DNA of 64,000 nucleotides. It comes from an uncultured bacterium. Its GTDB lineage: Bacteria > Patescibacteriota > Minisyncoccia > Phycocordibacterales > Phycocordibacteraceae. A model generated the notes under the pieces. The model searched no databases, was not told the DNA's origin, and worked only from the letters and a program-made list of their open reading frames with translations. The translations under genes and the position numbers were made by a program. The DNA lies in NCBI GenBank assembly GCA_963851445.1, contig CAWKPH010000001.1, positions 617,363-681,362 on the forward strand. The letters are read 5' to 3'. Positions 1-9,938 of this stretch are shown here, in pieces (positions within the stretch are counted from its first letter, which is position 1; each line of letters begins with the position of its first letter).

Positions 1-172
1 CTCCTTACATTCATATACATGGTCTAGTTTAGATAATTTTGGCACCCCTTTAAGTTATAACTCCGATTATTGGTTTAGATTTGTCATCTCACGCTTTTCT
101 TTTTTTGAGCCTGAGCATGTTCTTTATTTCTTTTATGTATTATCTTTTACAGTCTCTAGTTTTTTTACTTAT

Positions 173-1936
173 TTGCTATTTCCGAAAAATCATAAAATCA
201 CAGGCTTTCTAATAGGAGTTGGTGTAGTTATAAACTCAGCGATTTTTTATAATTTCTTTGCTGGTTTCTTTGACTACATTTGCTCATATCTATTTTTTAT
301 AATACTGATCTATTTCCTACTAAAGAAATTTACTGGATCTCTACGCGACTACGTACTGATTGGTGTGCTGATTGGATTAGGAGGAATGGAATTGCAATTC
401 TATGTAATAGATGTGCTGGTTGTGATTATGTATCTGATCGTAAACAGAAAGCTTGCATCAATTAAGGGTTGCATCACTTCTCTTGCCCTCATCGGTTTAT
501 TAAATTTAGTCTGGTTATCAAACTTTCTTGTAGGCGCAAGCAGCCTATCGAGTACAGGTCTATCGGCTTCCATGGTTGCATTCTCCGGGGCCATGATTAC
601 TCAACCTCTGAATATTTTTGATTTTTCCTTTTCTCAAGCAACACAGATATACAGGACATATTCATTTGTGAATCCAATACTCTTTTTATCTTTTTTTGCT
701 TTAGTATTTATATTCCTTTATATCAAAATTCTAAAGAAAGAGCAGCTAGATAAAAATATAATTTTCTTTATCATTAGTTTTTTAATATTTATTTTCCTTG
801 ATACAGGATACTTCAACACACTACAAATCTGGCCTATAGATATTTTTTATCCCGTTTTCCGTGAGTCAGGACATTTTGCAGCTCTTATTGTGTTCTTTTT
901 CCTATCTATATTTGGTTATCTATTAATCTCAATGCCTAGAAGTTTAAAAGTAATAGGCTATTTGGTCCTGGTAATATTTCTTGTAATAAACATTTATCCT
1001 TATGAAACGGAAAACCACGCCTTTAGTTATTCAATGGCAAGGAGTGAATTTCAACCTTATAAAGAATTTATTGATAATAATGTCCAGGATGGAGGAATCG
1101 TCGTGTATCCATTCTGGGAACAATATGCATTTACTAGTATTCCAATTAAATTTTCAACAAATCAATATCCTCTAAACAATACTGGTTGGGACAGTTTTAC
1201 TCCTTATGCCGGGGTCGACTTCTTAAATGACAACGTTCAGCCATACCAAGGCCCTGATTCCATACAATTACAACTTCTTCAAAACTATAATGTAACAACC
1301 TTACAGAAAATGGGGATTACATATATTTTTGATCTCTCAAACATCTACGAATCCTATTGGGATGTGTATGTACCACCAAGTTCTTACGATGATAATCTTA
1401 GTTATGTTAAAAATAATCCAGCTTTTGTAAGCAAGATAATCTCCACAAATGGAAATAATGTTACAAAGATAAACGATCAAATAATTAAGATAAACAACCC
1501 AGCTCCTTTAATCAGTGGGAATAGTTTAATTAGTTATCAGAAGATTAATAATACCAAATACGTTATTACTCTCAATCCTAATGCCACCACAACAGGTCTA
1601 AGTTTCTTACAGAACTATCATCCAGACTGGAAATTATACGAAACCAGCAATACGCCTAACTTTTGGTGGGATGATCTGCTCTTTATCTTCCATCCCGTTT
1701 CAATAAGTAGTCATTCGTATGCGTTTAATAATTTTGGTAATCAATGGACTTTTACTGGAAAACCAGGAGAGACTCGAATAATTCTTTATTTCGAACCTCA
1801 AATCTATCAGAATATTGCGATAGTTATATTCTTCTTGACGATGTTTGTGTGTCTGGGCACAATTTTCAACCTACCTAATGGCTTAAAAAGAGTTCGCAAT
1901 CTCTTGAATAGAAAGAGTTCGGTTGTAAAACACTAA
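173..1936 (+). CDS. large polytopic integral membrane protein (unknown function) encoded in AT-rich segment
   Basis: 587-aa ORF. The N-terminal ~300 aa are a series of hydrophobic helices; the C-terminal part is N/Y/T-rich and probably extracytoplasmic. The region 1-1940 is visibly AT-rich relative to the rest of the window. Confidence 0.5.
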   Translation: MLFPKNHKITGFLIGVGVVINSAIFYNFFAGFFDYICSYLFFIILIYFLLKKFTGSLRDYVLIGVLIGLGGMELQFYVIDVLVVIMYLIVNRKLASIKGCITSLALIGLLNLVWLSNFLVGASSLSSTGLSASMVAFSGAMITQPLNIFDFSFSQATQIYRTYSFVNPILFLSFFALVFIFLYIKILKKEQLDKNIIFFIISFLIFIFLDTGYFNTLQIWPIDIFYPVFRESGHFAALIVFFFLSIFGYLLISMPRSLKVIGYLVLVIFLVINIYPYETENHAFSYSMARSEFQPYKEFIDNNVQDGGIVVYPFWEQYAFTSIPIKFSTNQYPLNNTGWDSFTPYAGVDFLNDNVQPYQGPDSIQLQLLQNYNVTTLQKMGITYIFDLSNIYESYWDVYVPPSSYDDNLSYVKNNPAFVSKIISTNGNNVTKINDQIIKINNPAPLISGNSLISYQKINNTKYVITLNPNATTTGLSFLQNYHPDWKLYETSNTPNFWWDDLLFIFHPVSISSHSYAFNNFGNQWTFTGKPGETRIILYFEPQIYQNIAIVIFFLTMFVCLGTIFNLPNGLKRVRNLLNRKSSVVKH

Positions 1937-3100
1937 CGATTCCATTTTCTCTCCAGGTAGGATACTTATTACTCCTTGTGACAAATCGTTTTGGGTATCT
2001 CCAATTGTGCTTAAATCTTCAACGGGCAATCCATCTATGTACACGCTAATTGAATCTGAATCTTTTACTACAAAGATCTGATGCCATTTGCCATCGGTAA
2101 ATTGTGCATCAGCAGATTTATAAACTTGCTCTTGTATAGTTGGGCTTGTAAACCAGACAAACAGCGCACCAGTTGGTCCTTCGATATTTATGTCTAATCT
2201 ATTAGTCGCAGGATTGAAGAGGGTGACATTCGTTTGTGGGACATTTGGAATCTCAAACCAGAATCCATAAGAAACCGAACTCATCTTACTTATCGGAAGT
2301 ATTTCTGGAAAATTTATTGTCAAAGGATAACTGTAACGGTTATAAATGCATGCTCCAGATTCACAACCTGAACTCGTGTAAAGATCTGATTTAGGCAAAG
2401 TTAAGTCATTTCCATTTCCAGAATGATCCAATGCAACACTTCCGCTATCTCCAAATGTCCAATACCCAATCAGTCCTCTCGCAGATGCCCAAAGAGTTAA
2501 ATTATTTCCTAATTCATAACGAATAGGATCAGTACCATTGTCGGTCTCTGCTTTCTCAGAAACATATTTCTTTGAATCAAAACCAGTGGTAAGTGCATAC
2601 TCTGTACTTGTACCAGTATCATCCATCACAAACGCATAGTAATCCAAAAGACTCGGATTATTTGTCGGGTCAACTGGAATCGTCGAGACAGTCGTCGAAG
2701 AATGCTTATTGAAGTCAATTGGCAGCCAACCCGTGCCGTCAGCATTCTGAAGTGTTGAAGTTGCGACACAGTGATAGGACCAGTTTGGTGCGAGGGTAGG
2801 GAGGTCGAGGTCGCTACAGTCTGATTGCGCTGAAGGCACGGATACATAGACGGTGTCAGGTGCACCAAGGTTTGCCTGGGGATTTGTCTTGAGGATATTC
2901 GCTATTTCAGTATTAAGAGTCGTAAGGTCACTTACGCGTCGCGCATCGAGCTTCTCAAGCTGCCGCTCGTGGAGATAGGGAACACCATACTGAATGTAGG
3001 CGGAGACGAGAATGCCAATGATTCCCAGTACGATAAGGGTTTTTAGGATGGTTTCTTTCCGCACACGTAGCGCGCGGGATTTCTTAGGCGTTTTAGACAT
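1883..3100 (-). CDS. membrane-anchored LamG/concanavalin-like lectin domain protein
   Basis: 405-aa ORF. Basic N-terminus followed by a single TM helix (LKTLIVLGIIGILVSAY). The C-terminal half resembles LamG-type jelly-roll domains (…GYWTFGDSGSVALDHSGNGNDLTL…WHQIFVVKDSDSISVYIDG…). Confidence 0.5.
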   Translation of the reverse strand: MSKTPKKSRALRVRKETILKTLIVLGIIGILVSAYIQYGVPYLHERQLEKLDARRVSDLTTLNTEIANILKTNPQANLGAPDTVYVSVPSAQSDCSDLDLPTLAPNWSYHCVATSTLQNADGTGWLPIDFNKHSSTTVSTIPVDPTNNPSLLDYYAFVMDDTGTSTEYALTTGFDSKKYVSEKAETDNGTDPIRYELGNNLTLWASARGLIGYWTFGDSGSVALDHSGNGNDLTLPKSDLYTSSGCESGACIYNRYSYPLTINFPEILPISKMSSVSYGFWFEIPNVPQTNVTLFNPATNRLDINIEGPTGALFVWFTSPTIQEQVYKSADAQFTDGKWHQIFVVKDSDSISVYIDGLPVEDLSTIGDTQNDLSQGVISILPGEKMESLVFYNRTLSIQEIANSF

Positions 3101-3141
3101 AACCTTTACAGATGCCAGAAACTATAGCATAAATAAGCGTA

Positions 3142-3825
3142 ATGGGAAGCACTGCATATTCTTTAGGGTTGGTCTGGCGAAAGCGCTGGGAAATTCTTCT
3201 ATTTCTCGTGGCTATTGCTTTGACAGCACTCTGGCATCTATCTCTCGCGTGGATAGGTGCAAGTGCAGCGATTCTTGCGCTTATACTAGCTACCTATGAT
3301 TTGCCGGTCGTCTGGCATTCAGCACGAACAGCCCTCCACTTTCTTCAACAGCACGAGCTTGAGCTGCTCTTCCTTATCGTGCTCGCAGTCATCAGCTTCA
3401 TGTGGAGTTTTACTCCTGAAGAGTTGCTTATTGCGGCAATCGGGTATGCGGTAGTGGTGCTTAGCGTGAACGATTCCATAATAAGACAGGGACTCGTGAA
3501 AGGTGCGCAGGATGCACGCCGCGAATCCCTCACGAGTGTACTCCTCATGATCGCTCTTGCGCTCATGTTCATCTGGAACTTCGGCTATACGACAATCTTC
3601 TTTATCTTCGTATTCCTCGCATTTGCGGTATATCGCTGGGATAGCCGAATCATCGCAACAGGCGCAATCCTCTCGCTCGCAAGTTGTCCGGTGCTGCTTA
3701 TCCTGAGCCAAGAATCAACTGCCGAGACGATGGCGGTCTATGCATACTACTTCCTTATCATGACTGTCGCGCTCCAGATCCTCGAATACAAATCTACTGC
3801 GCGAGAAGCAAGTCTTTCCTCGTAA
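3142..3825 (+). CDS. polytopic membrane protein, unknown function
   Basis: 227-aa ORF with about 6 hydrophobic helices and no recognisable catalytic motif. Confidence 0.4.
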   Translation: MGSTAYSLGLVWRKRWEILLFLVAIALTALWHLSLAWIGASAAILALILATYDLPVVWHSARTALHFLQQHELELLFLIVLAVISFMWSFTPEELLIAAIGYAVVVLSVNDSIIRQGLVKGAQDARRESLTSVLLMIALALMFIWNFGYTTIFFIFVFLAFAVYRWDSRIIATGAILSLASCPVLLILSQESTAETMAVYAYYFLIMTVALQILEYKSTAREASLSS

Positions 3826-3842
3826 GGGCATATAGTTAAATT

Positions 3843-5525
3843 ATGGCTTTCCTTAAGAAATTCCATTACGAGATTTTCGCGCTCATAGGCACAATGGTCG
3901 TGCTCTGGCAGATGCTTTTGCCTGGCTACGTGATAGTCCTCGATATGGTGTTCGGACCATATGTACCAATGCCGTCATTTGCGGGATTTTCAGCACCAAC
4001 ATTTCCGCACGAGTACCTGCTTTATCTTCTTCAGTTCATCTTGCCTGGATGGGTGACTGAGAAAGTTGTGCTCGCCGGGCTCTTCTTCTTATTGTTCTAC
4101 CTCCCCTTACATTTCTTTCCTTGGAAAAGCGGCAAGGGCGAGGAATACGTTGTCGCGCTTTTCTTTGCAATAAATCCATTCGTATATGAGCGACTGCTCG
4201 CAGGGCAGTGGGATGTGCTTTTCAGTTATGCATTGCTTTTCCCGTTCATCGCGCTCCTCATACGATTCCTCCAGAACCGTTCTTGGCGCTCTATCCTTTG
4301 GGCAAGCGTCTGGCTCTGGGCTATAAACCTTTTCTCGATACATGTGTTCGTGATGGGCGTGTTCGCGTGGGTGCTTGCGGCAGTTCTCGTACTCGCGTTT
4401 GACCTCGCACATGCCCATATTCCAAGCTTCAGGTTTAAGTTCACAAATACCTTCAAGAAACTCATTGCTGCGGGACTGCTTTTGCTCCTACTTTGTAGTT
4501 ATTGGATCGTACCCATCCTAACGGAGCACCAAGCAACCGCAACGCTTCAGTCCTTCACCCAAGGCGAGTGGCAGAGCTTCCGCACAGCCTCAGATCCTCA
4601 TATAGGCACGCTAGGGAACGTAGCGGCTCTCTACGGCTTCTGGAGCGAGCATGAGCACTCAAATACCTACTATTTCTCTCCAAAGGCTGATATGTGGGCG
4701 TGGGCTTTCTCAGGAATCCTGTTGACGATACTCCTACTCATCGGTCTCTCAAAAGGCTTGCTACATAGAAACACACGCTTGGGACTGCTCTGGCTCGTTG
4801 TACTCGGTATCGTCGCAGGCATCTTTTCCGCAGGAGTTGGTAGCCCGCTCACTGCGCCGATTAGCTGGTGGTTCTACAATCATTTTAGTTTCTGGAGCGG
4901 ATTCCGTGACACGGAAAAGTGGAGTGCTGTACTTGCTGCTGGATACGCACTAATGCTAGGAATCGGTGCTGGGTTCCTGCTCAAACACTCATACTTGAAA
5001 GGGAAGACTCGTCCGCTCCTTCTTGTTGCCCTATGTGCACTACCCGTCATCTACACGCCCACAATGCTTTTTGGTTTTGAAAATCAGTTGCAGCCAGTAT
5101 GGTATCCAGCAGGTTGGGCACCTGCGAATGCGATTCTCAAACAAGATCAATCTTGCGTCGCGGTCTTTCTTCCTTGGCACCAGTACTACACCGCGAACTT
5201 TACACATCGCACCCTCGCTGCGAACCCTTCCTATGATTATTTCAACTGTACCATCATCGGAAGCAACGATGCCGAGCTTGGCGACGTGGGTGAGCAGGTA
5301 AGTAATACTCCTTTCCCGGGCTATCAGCAGATAGATCAGGCCGTGGAATCAAACACAGCGAACCCAGACGCGACCGTAGAGCTCCTCAAGAGCTTAGGCG
5401 TCAAATACGTCATATTTACGCCAGATGAGGTCTTTGAGGACCCCTACCACTACCCGTTCTTGAGCTCCAAGCTGCTGGTCCCTCTTGTGCATAACCCAGC
5501 TATTGCGTTATATCGCATTATGTGA
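3843..5525 (+). CDS. large polytopic membrane protein (possible membrane glycosyltransferase-like), unknown function
   Basis: 560-aa ORF with more than 10 predicted TM helices followed by a C-terminal soluble domain. The architecture resembles GT-C-type or YfhO-like envelope proteins, but no motif was confirmed. Confidence 0.5.
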   Translation: MAFLKKFHYEIFALIGTMVVLWQMLLPGYVIVLDMVFGPYVPMPSFAGFSAPTFPHEYLLYLLQFILPGWVTEKVVLAGLFFLLFYLPLHFFPWKSGKGEEYVVALFFAINPFVYERLLAGQWDVLFSYALLFPFIALLIRFLQNRSWRSILWASVWLWAINLFSIHVFVMGVFAWVLAAVLVLAFDLAHAHIPSFRFKFTNTFKKLIAAGLLLLLLCSYWIVPILTEHQATATLQSFTQGEWQSFRTASDPHIGTLGNVAALYGFWSEHEHSNTYYFSPKADMWAWAFSGILLTILLLIGLSKGLLHRNTRLGLLWLVVLGIVAGIFSAGVGSPLTAPISWWFYNHFSFWSGFRDTEKWSAVLAAGYALMLGIGAGFLLKHSYLKGKTRPLLLVALCALPVIYTPTMLFGFENQLQPVWYPAGWAPANAILKQDQSCVAVFLPWHQYYTANFTHRTLAANPSYDYFNCTIIGSNDAELGDVGEQVSNTPFPGYQQIDQAVESNTANPDATVELLKSLGVKYVIFTPDEVFEDPYHYPFLSSKLLVPLVHNPAIALYRIM

Positions 5526-5607
5526 TATAGATTAGAGCATTCAGGGGAGTTCATAAGTATTTGAGCTTTTCTTTATAATTACTTTATCTAGACCTTAAAC
5601 TCGCTTT

Positions 5608-6195
5608 ATGATTACTAAAATTTCTTCTTTCGGAGCTGTAATAGCGGTTTGCGCTATTGCTCTTGCTATCGCTCCAGCAGCACACGCTGACTTCGGATAC
5701 GGAGGCGGAGGAGGCGGAGGCGGCGGTATTGAGTGTGCTGCAGGCACAACCTACAGCTTCACCACGTTTGCTTGTGTTTCAAACACAACAGCCTCAACTC
5801 CTTCAGTAGGAGCAGGACAGGTGCTCGGTGCGTCCGCATACAACTTTGCTTCTGATCTAACCATCGGTGCACGAGGTGAGGATGCAACCCAGCTTCAGAC
5901 GATTCTTATTGCTGATGGATACCTCAATATTGGAGCTCCAACTGGATGGTTCGGTCCTCTAACGAAGGCTGCAGTCATGAAGTATCAGGCTGACCGTGGT
6001 ATCCCTAGTACTGGCTTCGTAGGTCCGCTTACGCTTGCAGCACTAAATGCTGGTACAACTCCAACATCTGCACAGGAAACTACTTCTATGAGCTCTACTG
6101 CTGGTCTACAGGCTCAGCTTGAAACTCTTGAGGCAGAACTCAAAGCTGCTCTTGGTACTTCAACCACGACTTCTACGACTACAACAAGCATCTAA
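5608..6195 (+). CDS. secreted peptidoglycan-binding domain protein
   Basis: Signal peptide (MITKISSFGAVIAVCAIALAIAPAAHA), a Gly run, then a PG_binding_1-like segment (LQTILIADGYLNIGAPTGWFGPLTKAAVMKYQADRGIPSTGFVGPLTLAAL) and a Ser/Thr-rich tail. Confidence 0.6.
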   Translation: MITKISSFGAVIAVCAIALAIAPAAHADFGYGGGGGGGGGIECAAGTTYSFTTFACVSNTTASTPSVGAGQVLGASAYNFASDLTIGARGEDATQLQTILIADGYLNIGAPTGWFGPLTKAAVMKYQADRGIPSTGFVGPLTLAALNAGTTPTSAQETTSMSSTAGLQAQLETLEAELKAALGTSTTTSTTTTSI

Positions 6196-6287
6196 TAAAC
6201 CACTGGCGAAAGTCATGTTTATCCCGAACACCCGCGCCGAAAGGCGCGGGTGTTCTTGTTCATATGGCATACTAAATATACAAAGCT

Positions 6288-7421
6288 ATGCCTGTTCCGA
6301 CTCCTCCGAAGAAAGCTCGCCCTATAACTCCTCGCAAGAAGAGCCTGCTTCATCATGCACGTCACGCGATACTCCCAATGCGCGCCAACAACCATCATCC
6401 ACACGTACTTAAGAGGGAAGTTGTATTCGCGGTATTGTGTCTAGTCCTCGTCTTAGAAACGGGAGTGCTGGCTCAGGGACTTCTTGTTTTTAAAAGTCCG
6501 AACTACATGGCGAGCGTGCTTCCTGCCGTGGTTTCGGATCTAGTCAATATCCAGCGTACCGATAACGGCCTCCAGGCACTCACCGTGAACCCTCTTTTGA
6601 CTGAAGCGGCGCAGGACAAGGCAAATGATGAAGCGGCAAAGGGTTATTTCGCACACGTAAGCCCAGACGGCACGTTGCCGTGGTACTGGTTCAAGCTCGT
6701 CGGATACAACTACCAATTCGCGGGAGAAAATCTAGCCGTTAATTTTGATGATTCAAATGATGTGGTGAACGCATGGATGAGCTCACCAACGCATAAGGCG
6801 AATATTCTAAAACAGCAATACACAGAGACCGGCATCGGCGTAGCGAGCGGTATGTACGAGGGGCAAGAAACCACCTTCGTGGTGCAGGAATTTGCAAGCC
6901 CAGAACCAGCAGGAGCAGCTCCAGAAACCACCCCTCCACCGGTAGAAACCCCGACCGCTTCTCCGGCTTCGCCTGGATCGGGTCAGGTAGCTATCGCAAA
7001 TACCGTTCCAGCTCCTACGCAACTCATGACGACGAATGTACCTTCTTCCGCATTAGCTTCCACGAAAATAACTGGTCCAGTCGTGCTTGGAGCTGAAACC
7101 ACTGCGCCACCCGCTCCAGTAGTCCCACCAGCACCAGTCGTAAAGCAGCCAAGTGAGATCCAAACACTCCTCGCCTCGCCATTCAGTACAGCAAACGATA
7201 TTTTCGTAGTGATTGCCGCCTTCTTCCTTTCGGTGCTTATTGCGGGTCTGATTTATCGAAAGCGTCTTCCACGAATGACCGCAAGCATTTCTGGTATGGC
7301 TATTGTGGTGGTCGTACTTGGGTTTGCCGTCGTAAACACACACTTTCTTTCAAGCAAGGTGCAAATTGACCAGGTAGGAGCGGCGGCCGTAGTAACGAGT
7401 TTTAATCAAACAGGTTACTAA
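6288..7421 (+). CDS. CAP (SCP/PR-1-like) domain protein with Pro-rich linker and C-terminal TM anchor
   Basis: CAP-domain signature (GYFAHVSPDGTLPWYWF…GENLAVNF…VVNAWMSSPTHKANIL), a Pro/Thr-rich linker, then a C-terminal hydrophobic helix. The true start may be the internal Met near 6378. Confidence 0.6.
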   Translation: MPVPTPPKKARPITPRKKSLLHHARHAILPMRANNHHPHVLKREVVFAVLCLVLVLETGVLAQGLLVFKSPNYMASVLPAVVSDLVNIQRTDNGLQALTVNPLLTEAAQDKANDEAAKGYFAHVSPDGTLPWYWFKLVGYNYQFAGENLAVNFDDSNDVVNAWMSSPTHKANILKQQYTETGIGVASGMYEGQETTFVVQEFASPEPAGAAPETTPPPVETPTASPASPGSGQVAIANTVPAPTQLMTTNVPSSALASTKITGPVVLGAETTAPPAPVVPPAPVVKQPSEIQTLLASPFSTANDIFVVIAAFFLSVLIAGLIYRKRLPRMTASISGMAIVVVVLGFAVVNTHFLSSKVQIDQVGAAAVVTSFNQTGY

Positions 7422-7489
7422 ATACTCTAGTGGCGTGCTCCTTTTAGAAGGCGTAGAATGTTCACAACGCTCACTCGTTCACCGTCAAG

Positions 7490-8899
7490 GTGAACGTCGC
7501 ATGCTTCGTAACTGTTGATTATATGAAAACGACCGCTTATCTACCTGAATGGAAAATCTATCTTTGGAAAAAACTACTCTTGAACAAAGAGGAGTTCGAT
7601 AAAAAAGAACCCATGGTCGTCAGTTTCATGTTCTTTACTGATGAAGATCAAATGCAGTTAATGATGGCAGAGGGACGGCGTACGATTGATTCAATTCAAC
7701 ACACCTACGATACTGCATACAATGCTGCACTGGCTGGTCGTGCACGTACACAGCTTAATACCACTGGCCGCCATCCTATCACTGACGAGTATTACAACAA
7801 CGACCCCATAAGCATCATGGCTGCGCTTGTTGAGCTGATGGATACTAAACCGCAAGTACTTTCGATAACTGCACGCTTGCATAAGCAATACATCGAGCGG
7901 TATCGAGCTAAGAAGAGAGCATACGAAACATTGGAGCACCAAAAGCATCTGGCCAGTCTGGGCATGAGCAGATCAAGCAGCGGTCCCTACAAGCCAAATG
8001 ACAACTATCTGAACGACCCATTTTGTGATCTTGGTGAGAGTATTTATAAAAAGACAGAAGCTGGCCAAGCGCTCTCAGATGACGAGTTCAGAAAGTTGGC
8101 GAGCGCGAGGTATGCCACCTTACACGACTGTCTCGTGATGAAGATAAAAATACACAAACCCGCTCTTCAGGCAAAACTAGACGCGTACATTGATGACTTC
8201 GTGGCGGGGAATCTGGTGGGTCCGCCGGGAGTTCAGTATTTTGCGCCATGGATCCAAATAAGAGACGTGTTCGGGGCTTTACAGGTAATGACCCTCGACT
8301 TCGGTGTAAAAAATCTACTAGTCTCCCCTGAGGCTATTGCGACACATGGTGAATGGGAAGCGGGTCGTGAGAACCGATATCGAATCTTTGAATCACTCTT
8401 TGCTCTAGAAAAGGATCGTCGAGTCACCATTAGCGAGTTACGGAAAAGCGAGGTGATTCTTTCCGTGGTGACGGCAGACGAACGTGCTGCCTTAAGCCCT
8501 GAAAGCGCTTCGGTTGATGTGCCGAAAGAGATAAAGGACTGGGCATCAGAGGTCTACGACGTTGTCAAAGCTCATGCCGATGCTATGCCCAGCGTGAAAG
8601 ACGACATCCTCACAACATTCAGCACGCGTCCAGTCAGAGAGCTATCAGCGGCTGACAAGAAGAAGCTCTGCCTTCTGGAGAAGCTCAAGGAGGAATGGGA
8701 GCTTGTACCTAAGCAAAGTACCGATCCGACAATGGTTTACAAACATCGCGCCGGAGAGACATATATTTCAGGGTCCAGATTTAATGGCTGGATGAATCAG
8801 TGCGGGATAGAGGATTTTCACCAGCTACAAAATATACTTACCATATTCAAGCAAGAGGGACTCATTGAAGAGTTTAGTGTAACTGATGACTCTAGGTAA
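7490..8899 (+). CDS. hypothetical protein (469 aa), first gene of coupled pair
   Basis: Long ORF with protein-like composition and no recognisable motif. Its stop codon abuts the start of the next ORF (TAA-ATG). Confidence 0.5.
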   Translation: MNVACFVTVDYMKTTAYLPEWKIYLWKKLLLNKEEFDKKEPMVVSFMFFTDEDQMQLMMAEGRRTIDSIQHTYDTAYNAALAGRARTQLNTTGRHPITDEYYNNDPISIMAALVELMDTKPQVLSITARLHKQYIERYRAKKRAYETLEHQKHLASLGMSRSSSGPYKPNDNYLNDPFCDLGESIYKKTEAGQALSDDEFRKLASARYATLHDCLVMKIKIHKPALQAKLDAYIDDFVAGNLVGPPGVQYFAPWIQIRDVFGALQVMTLDFGVKNLLVSPEAIATHGEWEAGRENRYRIFESLFALEKDRRVTISELRKSEVILSVVTADERAALSPESASVDVPKEIKDWASEVYDVVKAHADAMPSVKDDILTTFSTRPVRELSAADKKKLCLLEKLKEEWELVPKQSTDPTMVYKHRAGETYISGSRFNGWMNQCGIEDFHQLQNILTIFKQEGLIEEFSVTDDSR

Positions 8900-9451
8900 A
8901 TGCATATGAGTAGCATACTACGGATTCGGTTCCCAAAAGATTTCGAGGAGCGCTACAGAAATTATGTAGCCGCTGTTAAGTCCGTGAGTCCAGAGCCCAT
9001 AAAGCCAGCTGAAGAACCTCGTGCTGAAGCGAGTCAAGATGAGTCAGAAGATACGAAGAAGAAGCCAAGAACCGAAGTTGGAAAAGACGGCCTCGGCTAC
9101 CTCATTTTTCATGACCAAAGAATACCGGTTGGTGACGCATCCAGCGGTAAGTTCAGACTGGCCGAAGTGCTCTGCCTCAATTTTGGAGTAGCTAAAACTA
9201 TCGTGGTTACCTTCGATGCTGCAAAAGTTAAAAGGAATGAAACGGATAATAACCTAGAAAGCTTGTATAGAGGGAACATTCTAAAGCTGAGACTTCTAGA
9301 GGGTCAGGCTAGAGAGATTAACAGGGCGATTACTGATTATGTGGCGCGGAAGAAGCTGAAAGACTTCAGATTCCGCATGGCTCTCAAGGTTGATAACAAA
9401 ACCAATCCCCATAGCGTGTGGCTTGTAGAGCGCGTGGTGCGACGTGGGTAG
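8900..9451 (+). CDS. hypothetical protein (183 aa), second gene of coupled pair
   Basis: Immediately follows 7490..8899. Has an acidic low-complexity N-terminal region. Followed by a hairpin and T-run at 9540-9568. Confidence 0.5.
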   Translation: MHMSSILRIRFPKDFEERYRNYVAAVKSVSPEPIKPAEEPRAEASQDESEDTKKKPRTEVGKDGLGYLIFHDQRIPVGDASSGKFRLAEVLCLNFGVAKTIVVTFDAAKVKRNETDNNLESLYRGNILKLRLLEGQAREINRAITDYVARKKLKDFRFRMALKVDNKTNPHSVWLVERVVRRG

Positions 9452-9539
9452 ATAATCATATATTTTTCATGGGAGACCAAATAATATTTATAAAATAAAG
9501 GTAAAAAAAGCAATAAGTCCCACCAGTTACCACCAGTCC

Positions 9540-9568
9540 ATCGAGGATTGGTGGTTTTGATTTACTCA
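9540..9568 (+). terminator. rho-independent terminator-like hairpin + T-run
   Basis: The hairpin ccaccag…(loop)…ttggtgg is followed by tttt, downstream of ORF 8900..9451. Confidence 0.45.
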
Positions 9569-9869
9569 ATCGCAAGCCCTTTCTGGTTGATGTTGAAAGC
9601 GCTCGAATGCAGTTGTATGCACTCGATGCACTCGAAGCAAACAGGAAGCGGCCTCGCGAATGACCACGACCGCTACCCATCTCAAAGCAAAGAGCATAGA
9701 AGATCTCCAGCAAATAATCCAACGAGATTATGGCGTTGTCCTCAATGACGAAGAAGCCGAAAAGTTCGGTCTCTCTTTGCTAAAAATCACTCGCCTCGCA
9801 ATGACTGCTTTTAACCGGACAGAGGATAAGCACGCCATAACAATTACAAACACAAGCTAACCTTTGTTT

Positions 9870-9921
9870 TCGAGTCGAGCTCCAGTGAAAAGACTTTGCG
9901 GTCGGCACTGGAGCTCGACTC
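9870..9921. promoter_or_regulatory. perfect 17-bp inverted repeat (cgagtcgagctccagtg / cactggagctcgactcg) immediately upstream of prim-pol gene
   Basis: The inverted repeat is seen directly in the sequence. It shares an 11-mer (agtcgagctcc) with the sequence flanking the tRNA att core at 24816-24826. Confidence 0.5.
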
Positions 9922-9938
9922 GGGAACCCGACCGCAAC

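Noticed and set aside
5701-5730. GGC/GGA repeat tract
   Set aside because: It is simply the codons for a Gly9 run within the secreted PG-binding protein, not an independent repeat element.
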